The translations under genes and the position numbers were made by a program. Shown in pieces: positions 1 through 10,798 of a DNA stretch of 64,000 nt (position 1 is the first letter of the stretch; the number at the start of each line of letters is the position of its first letter). The DNA is taken from NCBI GenBank assembly GCA_964016885.1, contig OZ024743.1:261392001-261456000 (forward strand). Direction: 5' to 3'. This stretch comes from Eledone cirrhosa (Eukaryota). The notes under the pieces were generated by a model. It was given only the letters and a program-made list of their open reading frames with translations, was not told where the DNA came from and did not search any database.

Positions 1-2140
1 TCTCCGGTCTCCTCGAGGCGGTCTACTGCAACTGGCAACAGAACGGGAGAATTCCCAGTTCTGTGACCAAGGGCGTAGTCACGCTGGTGAGGAAGGACGA
101 GAACAAGGGGGATGACATAGATAACTTCAGGCCCATAACTCTGCTAAACACAGAGTTAAAGATTTTGGCCAAGGTGTTAGCGAAGAGGTTGGCGCTTGTC
201 GTCGCGAACCTGGTGGGAGAAGCGCAGACATGCGCAATCCCGTCCAGGTCCATACACAACCTCCACCTCATGCGATACATCGTAGAGAGGGTAGGGAACG
301 AACCCGGCTTTGGTGGGGCCCTGATCAACTTGGATCAATCTAAAGCGTTCGATAGGGTTGACCATCGGTACCTGGATGCGGTGCTCGCGGCGGCAGGCTT
401 CGGACCCGTTTTCAGGGGCTGGATTGCTGCAATGCACAGCAGCAACACCTGCTCGAGGGTCAAGGTGAACGGCTACCTCTCGGAGCCGTTCCAAATCACG
501 CTATCCATTCGACAGGGATGCCCTCTCTCCTCCCTCCTGTATGTGCTGGCTCTCGAGCCACTACTGAGGAAGCTGGAGCTGTTGCAGGGCATCCCCTTGG
601 AACCGGGATTGCGAAAAGCGGTGTCGGCCTACGTCGATGACGTGACAGTAATGGTGTCGTGCGCCTCGGAAATCGGGCAGATCGGCACCTTACTGGAGGA
701 ATATGAAAGGTTCCCAGGAGCCAAGCTGAACCGGGACAAGTCCGTCGGTTTGCAACTCGGGACGTGGAGGGGCAAAACGATGCCCTCCGACGGCATCGTC
801 GGACGCTGGACGGAGGGATCAGTGAAGCTGCTCGGGGTCTGGTTCGGAAGTGGGCCGAGTGCAAACTATCCCTGAAAGGTCGAGCGGAGGTGGCGAACGC
901 TTATATAGCGTCCGTCATCTACTACCGCTTGACCGTCGTGCCTTGCCCAGAGAAAACACTCGCCAAAATGGAGCGCGCGCTCTTCCGATTTCTTTGGAAG
1001 AAGCGGGCTCCTTTGGTGAGAAGATCCATCTGCTGTCAACACCCTTCGAACGGAGGGCTGGGGATGCCGTGGCTGACGATGCGTAGACACGCATTAAGGC
1101 TACGGCACCTCCAGGTATTCCTCACCGGTCAGCCGGTGTGGGCCCTGTTTGTGAGGCGAGCCTTTCCGAGACTCGTCTCACTCACCGAGCTGCAATCCTG
1201 GGTCAAGCAAAAACCGAGAAAAGTGGGCGACTGGCACATTGAATGTGCCCAGGCGCTCACGGCCCTCTGGCAAGCGGATCCGGCAATCAGTGGAGACTCA
1301 ACCTCAACATTCTATAGAGGGTTGGTGCGCAGTAAGTGCGACGACGCTCTCGGAGAGGCTCTGGGCATGGAGGAAGACGAGCTGGCCAGTCTATTCGGTA
1401 GGACGTTTGGCCCGGGACAACTTCCAAAAGTCCCTGGCTTGGCAATGTTACCGAGGAGCTCTACCCGTTCGGGACAAGCTCTACAGACACGGGCGCCCGT
1501 GACGAGGAAACCGTCGCACACGCATTTGTACACTGCCCGGGCGTTGCTGACCTGTGGGGCTATGTAGAACGACTACTGTCGCGGGTGGGACCAATCCGGT
1601 TGACCACCGAGAACATTGTCACAATCAAACCGCCTCCCCCTTTCAAAAACGAAGGAGAGGCGGTTTTCCTGTGTGATAGCCATGGCGAAAGAAGTTGTAT
1701 GGTGGACAAGGTTGAAAGGGCTGAGGTCAGACACCTATCTCTCCGGCCAACAACTGGTCTTTTTTTTCAAGTACCACTTTAGAAGAAGGATCAGAATGGA
1801 GAGAGAGGTGCTCTACCCCAGCAAGTTTTATGAAAGATGGGTGAAAGTAGCGAGAATGGCCCGAGTGAATGGGCCTTCTCTCTATATCAGCCTGTAGGTG
1901 AGAGAGGAGAAGAATGAGAAGAGGAAGGAAGCACCCGCTCTTTGTGCTCCTGAAGAGGAGGGTTGCACATTTTTTCGGGGGTGTGTGCGACCCATGTCAA
2001 CGCCCCTCCCTATTGAGGACATCGATTGTTAAATTTAATTTGTTATATGTTTTTTACACGTCTTTTTAAATGTATGTAAACTCCCCCCTTTGTATTTGTC
2101 CCAATCTTTGATGCCCTGGTGGCAAATAAATAGAAATAAA
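1..2140 (+). mobile_element. L1/Tx1-clade non-LTR retrotransposon, 3' part (RT, C-terminal region, 3' UTR), frameshifted and internally deleted
   Basis: ORF 63-875 has RT motifs NFRPITLLNTELKILAK, LDQSKAFDRVDH, IRQGCPLS and YVDD. It continues out of frame as LSLKGRAEVANAYIASVIYY and GGLGMP (764-1567), then 1616-1897. A-rich end with AATAAA near 2125-2140. Confidence 0.9.
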
Positions 2141-2384
2141 TATCTATCTCTATCAATTCTGTCACTCTATTCATTATCACCAAACTCCCCCATCTCTACA
2201 TCAACTATACAACATTCTCTCCCAATACCCCCTCGATATCAATTACCACCAAACTCTCCCCCTCTCCATATCTATATCTATCTCACCCATCTATCTAACA
2301 TGTACATAATTTGTAACATATATACAAATAGTTGTGTTTTTTGGTAGTTTGGGGAGAAAAAAAGCATTTTGGGGGCGGTGGGGG

Positions 2385-2830
2385 ACCCCCTAGCCCCCTA
2401 GTTCCATCGCCCCTGTGCAGGCGGCCTCGCGTTCTTCGATCACCGTGGGTTCCGTTGTGTGGTGGACAACCCTATTGATGATGACATGGCAAGAGGCTAC
2501 CGACGAAAGAAACGCCAGCAAAGCCAACGAGACCGGAAACCAGAGACCAAGACCACCGTTTCTAACAGGTAAGGTGGCCTGTTGCCTTCCAAAGTCGTCA
2601 AACCTGACATTGCATATCTCCTCAGTTGCGACTCGGATACAAGTATTGAGATCAGCGAAGAGATGCGTGGCTGTAGCAAGGAGCGTTACCAAATGTGTTG
2701 AGGAGCTTCGGCATGGTGAAGCAGTCCCTCTACAAGGAGGAGGCTGGAAGGGCGTCAATCATGCCCAGCCTGCTCGTAAGGGTTGTGAGCTGCTGGAACA
2801 AGGACCTGATGGTGGGGCGGGAGGATCAAA
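2385..2830 (-). mobile_element. CRE-clade non-LTR retrotransposon fragment
   Basis: ORF 2390-2758 contains QQATLPVRNGGLGL...LAFLSSVASC, typical of the region following the RT in CRE-type elements. Confidence 0.65.
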
Positions 2831-3189
2831 GTAGACCAACTTATCCACAACCTTTAATATTTTCTCTTTGACAGATATGGATGGTGGAATATATGGCTTT
2901 CTGACTGAATGTTGGTACATTGCTAGTCTTTTTCAGGCTGATTGTCAGCGCAAACTCATCACACACTGCCAAGATGTAATCCATCAGAAGCTGAAGGTCT
3001 TCTGTGTGGTTAACAAGATCACAGTCGTCTGCATAAAGAAGATCACGTATAAGAGTAGTAAATATGTTTAATGCAAGGAATCGTCAGATGTTAATGGCCT
3101 TCCTATTGTTTGATAACACACACACGTACACACACACATATATATATACAGTATATATATAACAAAGAGGGTATGGTAAGATACCAGGT

Positions 3190-3341
3190 GGAACATAACG
3201 CACCAGAGTACTCATTACTGAGGGTAGTAGAGTGGGTAAGGGAAATGAGTCAGGACACTGACGGCTGAGCTCCGGCCGTTTCGACAGCAAAATCCGAACG
3301 CAGTATTGAGTACTCTGGTCCGTCGGGGTCCTGACTCTTTT

Positions 3342-3343
<2 letters not shown>
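3190..3343. repeat. Short foldback element abutting (TA)n; same family as 31423-31590
   Basis: Inverted repeats GAGTCAGGACACTGACGG / CCGTCGGGGTCCTGACTC and ACCAGAGTACTCA / TGAGTACTCTGGT. Shares CATAACGCACCARAGTACTCA with the copy near 31428. Confidence 0.7.

Positions 3344-3426
<83 letters not shown>
3344..3426. repeat. (TA)n microsatellite
   Basis: Perfect TA run of about 83 bp. Confidence 0.99.
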
Positions 3427-3429
<3 letters not shown>

Positions 3430-4187
3430 AACATTGGTGTTGGTGAATGCTTTTAACAAATCAAGTACAAAGGTGAAGCGAGCAGGCCTTCCTGTGATCA
3501 ATAAAGCAAAATTACAGATCAAGTTGTTGCTCCTTACACTTCTCCTACATTTGCCATGTAGTGTAGATCATATCTGCAGTGCTCCGATATAAACAGAAAC
3601 TACACTGATATTCCAGCGGAATGTTAGGTGTAACGTGCATCAGCAGAAGATTAAGAAGAATTGTAGCAAAGCTTTTACTAACAACTGATATTAAAGAGAT
3701 CTCATGGTAGTTGTCACTAACATCTTTGTATCCCCTTTGAAGAGGGAGATGAGAATGGCATCATTCCAGTCCTATGGGACTGCATCCTGCAGCCACACCT
3801 AGCAGTGTGTGTTATGCAACAGATCTTTTCTTTTAGGACCACATACAAACTGAGGAAGAGGGGGCCGGTGTAGTGATACTGATTATGATTATCAACAGCA
3901 TGGCTGACGGAAAATAGTCCAGAGGAATAAATAGAATCTCACATATATAATATAGTGATAAGAGCATGTTGTTGTTTGCTAGAAGTATTGTATAAGATGT
4001 AGAAAACAGTGTTTTGTTTAAAAGCTATCACAATGTGAAATGGGTGATAAATATTAACAATAGAGCTCTTTATACGTCCTTTATATTTTGAGACAAAGAT
4101 GGCAGCTTAAACGCGACAAAAAATATAAACCTCTGAACTAGTTTCTTCAATTAACTTTTTGATAGAGAGATTTTATCTTGAAATATA

Positions 4188-4390
4188 ATTGTTTCTACTT
4201 TAGACACAAAGCCAGTAATTTGAAGGGAAGTGGAAAGTCGATTAAATCGGACCCCAGTGCTCACTGGTACTTATTTTATCGACCCCGTAAGGATGAAAGG
4301 CAAAACTAACCTCGGGGGGGATTTTAACTCAGGGCGTAAAGGGCCGTAACTCTATGCTACGAAGCATGGTGTCCGACACTCTACCGATAA
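4188..4390 (-). mobile_element. tRNA-derived SINE (octopus OK/OR-like); further copies near 11270, 23040, 35271, 35780, 42010, 45510, 51780, 62275, 62440
   Basis: Recurrent block GGTACTTATTTTATCGACCCCGTAAGGATGAAAGGCAAA...GATTTGAACTCAG, including the reverse complement of a B box. Confidence 0.85.
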
Positions 4391-4849
4391 AGACCTATAA
4401 AGAACTGCAAGGTAACATCAACATCATTGTGATCATTTTTAATATTTACCTTCCAATACATATTGTGATAGCTTTGAAAACAATACACTATTTTCTATAA
4501 TATAGTCAATTGAAAATGTCAAGTAACTGAGATAACTCATGCAATTTGTGGACCAGATCCACTCTCAGCATTGTAGCTGTAAAATAGATATTTGTCTATT
4601 CTCTCGAAACAACAGTAACATTTTTTTTCCTTTTCATTTCATTCGCGATTATTGCCAATTGTTGTCATTTTCATTTCATTTACGATTGTTGTCAAAAATT
4701 GTTGTCATTTTTCACTCCCAGAAATTATCGGAATTGTCAGTAATCTTCAAACAAAGGATAGATTTTTTTCCATCATATTTTCTCTCAGTATGGAAGTATT
4801 TTTTTTAACATTGATGTATTGTGAATGATTTGTGGATTACAGATACAAA

Positions 4850-5770
4850 TTAGTGAAAATTTCTAAACCGATCCAGCAGTGATGCCATCATATTGCACTC
4901 TACTTTAATCTTTTGGTATGCTTCCATCTCCAACAACAGGCACTGGTTCTCTCTTTTCACTCGTATATTCTCATCCCTCAACTGTCTATTTTCCTCTTGT
5001 AACCGTTTAACATTTTTCTCTAATGCATGCAGAACGTACCTGTATGACTTATAATCTGATAGCACAGTAGATGGCAGAGCTAAAGCTTCCGACTTTGGCT
5101 CTACAACTGTACTGGGGTTGCTAGTTGATAATATATTTACATTAGAAGAACTCGGGGAAGAGTAACTTGGAGTTTTTGATCCTGTATTCTTGTTGGAATA
5201 ACTCGAATATTCTGTATATGTGATTGCTAAACTGTTGGTAATTACTTTCGGTTCGTTGACGTTGACATTGACATTACAACTTGATGTCCGTATATTTTTT
5301 TTTTTCCGCCTTGCACATACGTTTACAGATACATTGTCAAGCGAATTATTTTTACATATTTTCTTCAATGATTTGCAACTTTTATTAGATTCCAAAGGCT
5401 GGTAGTTTGTTTCGTTACACGCATTACAATGATAATGGTTTTCAAAAAACTGTTTGAACCATTGTCCAAAATATAAATTGTACTTAAAACTGCCTCTGAT
5501 CAGGTTTTCAATCGGAATGTTCATATGAATGTCCATTTTAGTGAAAGCATTTTCAAGCTGTTTAAAATTTCTCCTCCTACCATCTTCAGTTTTCTCACCA
5601 AATTTAATTTTCGCTAAATCTATTGTCCCGGGGAAGAGAATTTCAGTTCCCCAACAAAATTCGACCCCTGTTCCAAGTTCTTGTATGCTATTCAGTTGCG
5701 GAGAGATATTTTGCTGGAGCCAGAAAATGAGTTCACTTTTACTTAAGGGTGGGACTTTTTTGTTTAACAT
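4850..5770 (-). CDS. Intronless EB1/MAPRE (RP/EB family)-like protein, 306 aa from the first ATG: calponin-homology domain, Ser/Thr-rich linker, coiled coil
   Basis: LSKSELIFWL..IQELGTG..LFPGTIDLAKIKF..NFKQLENAFTKM..IPIENLIRGSFKYNLYFGQWFKQFFENHY aligns by eye with the EB1 CH domain ([70 protein letters not shown]). Uninterrupted ORF with a heptad-rich C-terminus. Confidence 0.85.
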   Translation of the reverse strand: MLNKKVPPLSKSELIFWLQQNISPQLNSIQELGTGVEFCWGTEILFPGTIDLAKIKFGEKTEDGRRRNFKQLENAFTKMDIHMNIPIENLIRGSFKYNLYFGQWFKQFFENHYHCNACNETNYQPLESNKSCKSLKKICKNNSLDNVSVNVCARRKKKNIRTSSCNVNVNVNEPKVITNSLAITYTEYSSYSNKNTGSKTPSYSSPSSSNVNILSTSNPSTVVEPKSEALALPSTVLSDYKSYRYVLHALEKNVKRLQEENRQLRDENIRVKRENQCLLLEMEAYQKIKVECNMMASLLDRFRNFH

Positions 5771-6174
5771 GGCAAGAATCGTATTCAGCACCTTAAAAAA
5801 GTCTAACAGCTTTTGTTAAAATAAGAATAACTGTATTTTAAAAAGTGAAGTTGCTAAAAGAATAAAAATATTAATCTTTAACTAATATTGTTTATGTTTT
5901 TCTTTTCTTTTCACCCCCAAAATATATCCAGTTAGTTTCGTTAATTATTATTACTTTTTGTGTAGGGGTTCCTGTGTGTTAGTTAATAGTAAGTTAAATA
6001 TAAAACCAATATATATTTAGTTCCTAGATGTTAATCAATACACTAAACTAAGCATAAAACCATCATATAGTTAATCCCTACATATTAATTAATAAACTAA
6101 AATAACTGCAAATCACTATCTGTAATCAATCCAAAATCTTAGTTGGTCATTTGGGCGCAGCAAAGAGAATTGTA

Positions 6175-6216
6175 ATGACGTGTTCATCACGTGACTTACC
6201 ACGTCACAAAGGTCAA
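6175..6216. promoter_or_regulatory. Candidate proximal promoter cluster upstream of the EB1-like gene
   Basis: TGACGT, TCACGTGAC (E-box), CACGTCA (CRE half site) and CAAAGGTCA (nuclear-receptor half site) within about 40 bp of otherwise AT-rich unique sequence, about 400 bp 5' of the ATG. Confidence 0.35.
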
Positions 6217-6883
6217 CACTAAACTAGCCGAAAGAAGAACATTTTATTGAAACTGTACAATATGAATGGCAATAAGGAAACGAAAAATGCAGAGAAAGAA
6301 AAGAAAATAGAAATTAAGCAAGGAAAGAAAGAGAAAGAGAGCGCGACAAACAATACACCTCAGTCTGCGCGTTATATTTCAGGTGCACACCGCGGACAAA
6401 ATGTAACTGATATTCATTCATTCGTCCATGGCTGTGATATCGTTCGGACAAAAGCTTCGGCTGTGAATTCAGTCAACAGACAGAAATTTTGTTTCCCAGA
6501 AATCTGTTGAAGTATCGACCCCGCTTTCCAATAAGTTTATCGTTGAATCAATAGCCGGTGGGGACTTTTGGTGTTCTAGGTTCCCGAACCACCTCCTTAC
6601 TCGCTGCTATCGAGACGGAGTTGGTCATCCGCAGGAATGAACCCGCAAATTGTAGGAATGGCTATTTTAACACATCTCCCTCTCTATCTTCCAGAATAAC
6701 ACTTTCTCTATTTTGCCCATTGGGACCATGAAACGACATACACCTCCTGGGATTCTGTACGTCGAAGAGGCACCGCGGACGACGAATAGGAAAAGGGTGT
6801 AACAACCTTTCATCCATTAATTCGCCTTGTTACTGTTGTCCACTTCATGCATACATCATTTATTCCTCGGTGCAGATATGCAC

Positions 6884-7153
6884 TGTGGTTAGAAAAAGCT
6901 ACTTCACTTACCGCTTTCGCTGGCACCGCTAATCCAATGGCTGGTTTCTCCTCTCCCAAGTGCGTACAATCCAACTCGTTAACCGGGAGCTCCAAAACTG
7001 ACGTCCTCCACGTTCGCTGACCACCCTAGAGAGAGCCAGACCTGCTGGCCCTTCCGGTCGAGCACCCTTCTGGTCAAGCACCCTTCCAGTCAAGCACTCT
7101 TCCGGTCGAGCACTCCCCAGCCTTCGGCTTCCGCACACCACACCATACCCACA
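6884..7153 (-). repeat. 3' LTR of the Gypsy element
   Basis: Matches 10529-10798 with about 12 substitutions in 270 bp (hand count). Contains four 16-bp repeats CCCTTCCGGTCGAGCA. Confidence 0.97.
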
Positions 7154-7358
7154 CGCCCCCCTGATCTCAAGGATCAATTTGCTCCTCGCCCTGCTGCATA
7201 TGAACGTCTGCTGTCCAGGTTGGTGGTTTGCGACTTCTTTGCGATCTCCGCAGTGTTGGGGCGGCACTTTGGGTTTGCTCTTCTTCGGAGTCCGTTGACA
7301 CAGTAATTCTACGGACATCCAGGATATGACGTGGTACTCCGTCCACGGACACATTGTT

Positions 7359-8297
7359 CTAGGAATTTACGGCCGTCACCGTTCCCCTTCCCCATTGAGA
7401 TGTGCAACGTGCATCTGGGGGCTTAACCCACCTGCACGAATGCATTCTCTCTCTCTCCACTGGCCGTTGTGGTGGCGTGCACGGGTGCCGCCACTCGTAT
7501 CTGAATACTGCTCTGTGTGGCACCGATTCCTCAACCTGTCTCACCCGAGGAGACATGTTGTACCAGAACACTGCCTCCATTGGTGAGATGTGGCCCCGCT
7601 CCGCCATTGCTTTGATCGTCCGGTGGTGTCGCTCCACGATTCCATTTCCGCTCGGCCTGTACGCTGCTCTGAAGAAACGGTCCACCTTCCATCCATCGAA
7701 CATCTCGCTCAGCGCCTCCGAGCGGAACGCTGCGCTGTTGTCCATCAGCAGTTCGTCCACAGGGGCCCGCTCCAAGAACACCTCTCTCAACGTCCGCGTG
7801 ATTTCCTCGGCCGTTCCAGTCTTCATCTCCCTCCATATCGCCATCCGTCCCGGTCCACAGTCGACCATTGAGAGGTATGTTCCTTGTCGGTAGTGTGTTA
7901 CATCCACCGCCAATCGCTTCCAGTCGCGATCCACCGGGAGGCTTACCGTTTCGTGCACACCCGGGGCGGGATCAATGGACTGACATCGGACGCAACCTCT
8001 AACCACACTTTGAACACTGTGTCTGTTAACGTCCGAGTCGATTCTCCTGGCTAGGAACTGAGTCCTATCCACTCCCAAGTGGTGCATGTCATGCAACCCT
8101 TTCAGATCCAACTCGGTCAGCCGACACACGGCAGCTATTTCCTCTTCTACCTCCTCCGGCGCTTCCATCCAGGCTTTCTTCACCCTGGTTAAAACGTCCA
8201 CCCTATTTTTCTCTGAGGGCACGAAAACTACGCTCAGCCTCAGGTCGAACTCGGTGGCCAGCTCTCCTAAAGTTCCCAGGCGTCGCTTTATCAGCAT
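7359..8297 (-). pseudogene. Gypsy pol: RNase H C-terminal remnant and integrase
   Basis: HDMHHLG..CVRC zinc motif, LAVDVTH / LLMDNS / GNGIVERHHRTIK DDE triad, and VPSEKNRVDVLTR as the end of RNase H. Confidence 0.92.
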
Positions 8298-9651
8298 CTC
8301 CGCCGCCCCTCTCGTTCACCACTCTCTTCTCACTGATCTCCTGCATCATGGCCACCGTCCTCCCTCCCACTCTGTCACTCCAAGTCACCCCGCCCGCTCG
8401 TCTCTTGACATAGCTGCATGCCGTCCGGAGCCACCCAACAATCGGGTAGTGACCCACCAACTTTCCACACGCCGAGAAAAGCTCCCGCCTACTCATACCT
8501 GGGCCCAGTTCTGGAACTTCATTTCTCCTCTGGAATACTAACACGCCCGTCCTGTCTCGCCGTAGCCTAAGTCCCAGTGCGGCTCCTCCCTCCAACGCTT
8601 CTGACGGCTTCACAGCCAGTCCATACTCCTGTAAATGGCTCGTGACCTCCGCCGCCGACACTACAGACTCGTCCACTAGGATGTCGTCAATGTAGGAATT
8701 AGTGGCCCTCTTCATCTTGTCGGCCTTTCCCAGAACGGTCTTGAGGACCGCCGCCATGATCTTCGGTGCAGAGCTCAGCCCAAAACCGAGCCTGGTCAGG
8801 CAATATGTCCGGCCCTTATACCTGACCAGCTGATACTGCCAGAGCTTCTCATCGATGTGTAATTGTAAGAATGCCGACTTTAGATCGACGATTGCGGAAG
8901 CCCCCGTCATGCGTCTCCACTCACGCAGGGTTTCTCCACAGACATCCGTGACCTCGCCACCCGTGAGGCATGACACGTGCTCGTTCAGCTCCCGAAAGTC
9001 CAGTACCGGCCTCACCTTGTTCTTCGTGGGTTGCGCCACCGCCATTAACGGCAATACTCCGAACTTCACCTCCTCTTTCCAGGGAAGCAGTATGCCCTCT
9101 TCAATCCATCTCTCTACCTCTCGCTCGAACTCGCTCCTAATGTCTCCCTTCAATGTGCGTTGATAGCAGCCCACTTTGGTCTTCAGTGTTGGTTGTTCTC
9201 CCTTCCAATACCACTCAACAACCCATCGTTGCCCATCGAACACGGCCTTGAAGTTTTTGTCCTGTACAGTGTAAGCGAGATATTTTTCCTCGCGGGCCTT
9301 CTGGTTCTCCTGTCGCGTACTCACGGCGCATACCGATGCGGCGCCGCCAAACTACACACGGACGTTGTTCACTGTGACGCCTCCTAGACGGCCAATTGCG
9401 TCCATGCCCATAACTACGCCGATCCCATCCACCACGTTGTCGACTACGATGGCAGAAAGCCTTATTTTCTTTCCCCGTACCACCATCTTCACCTCGCTGC
9501 GACCTCGGCATTCAATTTTCCTACCGTCGACTGCCCTTACGCTGCTCTTCCCTCTCCACCTCTGCGCCACCCCCGCGGTCACCAGTGTCGTCGTACAGCC
9601 CGTGTCCACGAGGGCTCGCTGTGGCTTTCCCCTCACGAAAACTTTCACCAC
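8203..9651 (-). pseudogene. Gypsy pol: aspartic protease and reverse transcriptase (frameshifted)
   Basis: ALVDTGCTTTLV and VVMGMD (protease); KVRPVLDFRELN, DLKSAFLQL, RLGFGLSSAP and YIDDILV (RT). Confidence 0.92.
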
Positions 9652-9689
9652 GGGCAGCGCCTCTACTCGTAAGGGGCAGTAGTTCCCCT

Positions 9690-10414
9690 TGGATCGTTTC
9701 CCTGGTCGCAGCTAGTAGCGATGTGGCCTGGTCGCTTACACCGGTAGCATATTTTGTCCGGCCTTGACTCTCTACAGTCTCTCGCCATGTGCGGGCCCTG
9801 ACACCTAAAACAGCGACCTCTAAACGTTCGCGGGCGACCGCGTGCCGTGGTTGCCTCCCTTCACCATTTCGCTGCCGGCTGCCTTGGGCCTCTGTCATTG
9901 CTATCGCCGCGACACTCTTCTTGGCATCTTCTGCTATGATGCGGGCTTGCTCCACCAGTTTATGCATCTCCATTTCCTTGTAACCCGGGACTTGCTGCAG
10001 TTTCACCGCTATGTCGTCTGGAAATCCATTTATGAACGCCAACAAAACCGTTCGTTCGCATTCCACCTGATATCCAGCCAACATGGCCAATCGCCGTATT
10101 TCCGCTGCGAAAATGTCAACGCGTTCACCGTTCCATCTAATCCTTGCCAGCTTAGCAAAAGCGGCTAACGGTCCTTCCGCGTACGCTTCCATCATACGCC
10201 TCTCAATCTTTTGCGCATCCCTTTGGCTGTGTTCATCCATCTCTAGGAAGAGTGCCAACGCATCCCCCTCGAGGTACAGTGCCATGAGGCCAGCCACATC
10301 TTCTACCTTCTGTAAGCTTGCGACCAGCCGGACTTTTCGCAGCCAAGCGACAACATCGCCTTCACCGGTAAATGCTCTAATCGCTTCTCCACTCATTCGT
10401 AATCTCGTCGCCAT
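9690..10414 (-). pseudogene. Gypsy gag with two zinc knuckles and a GGGAAAC -1 slippery site
   Basis: Capsid-like ORF from 10414. CFRCQGPHMARDC and CYRCKRPGHIATSC lie in a shifted frame (about 9705-9815). Sense GGGAAAC at 9696-9702, just after the second knuckle. Confidence 0.85.
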
Positions 10415-10516
10415 ATCCTAAGTAATAAAAAAAACAACAGACTCCTCTCTGTTTTTCCAGTAGCTTTGTTTTCGAGAAAGTTCTTTTTTTTTATCAATCA
10501 GAACTCAGTTTCCAGT

Positions 10517-10528
10517 GCCGAAATAGCT
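10517..10528 (-). other. Non-canonical primer-binding site complementary to nt 1-12 of tRNA-Phe
   Basis: Sense sequence immediately after the 5' LTR is AGCTATTTCGGC, the reverse complement of GCCGAAATAGCT, the conserved 5' end of animal cytoplasmic tRNA-Phe(GAA). No TGG start. Confidence 0.7.
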
Positions 10529-10798
10529 TGTGGTTAGAAAAAGCTACTTCACTTACCGCTTTCGCTGGCACCGCTAATCCAATGGCTGGTTTCTCCTCTC
10601 CCACGTGCGTACAATCCAACTCGTTAACCGGGAGCTCCAAAACTGACGTCCACCACGTTCGCTGACCACTCTAGAGAGAGGCAGACCTGCTGGCCCTTCC
10701 GGTCGAGCACCCTTCCGATCAAGCACCCTTCCGGTCGAACACTCTTCCGGTCGAGCACTCCCCAGCCTCCGGCCTCCGTACACCACACCATACCCACA
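10529..10798 (-). repeat. 5' LTR of the Gypsy element
   Basis: Direct repeat of 6884-7153, upstream of gag on the minus strand. Confidence 0.97.

Larger units (their letters stand above)
2835..3900 (-). mobile_element. Degraded RTE-clade LINE RT fragment interrupted by a palindromic/microsatellite insertion
   Basis: Minus-strand remnants DAILISLFKG..NYHEISLISVVSKSFA (about 3670-3765) and MYQ..RKPYIPPSISVKEKILKVVDKLVY (about 2835-2920), with many stops. Confidence 0.6.
6884..10798 (-). mobile_element. Compact Gypsy/Ty3 LTR retrotransposon (3915 bp) with both LTRs and a 5-bp TSD; defective
   Basis: 270-bp direct repeats 6884-7153 and 10529-10798 with TG...CA ends. TSD TGCAC at 6879-6883 and 10799-10803. 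Purine tract AGGGGGGCG before the 3' LTR. Domain order gag-PR-RT-(RH)-IN. Confidence 0.97.

Noticed and set aside
3084-3434. YI/VC-repeat ORFs here and at 13460-13961 and 53579-54005
   Set aside because: These are translations of (TA)n/(TG)n microsatellites, not proteins.
6247-6510. 87-aa Lys/Glu-rich ORF divergent from the EB1-like gene
   Set aside because: Low-complexity purine-rich sequence with no domain or splice support.
6620-6650. Minus-strand T-arm-like GCGGGTTCATTCCTGC followed by ..ACCA
   Set aside because: No D-arm, anticodon arm or acceptor pairing upstream; not a tRNA gene.
7402-10421. Plus-strand ORFs overlapping the Gypsy element
   Set aside because: Antisense shadows of GC-rich gag/pol sequence with no recognisable domains.
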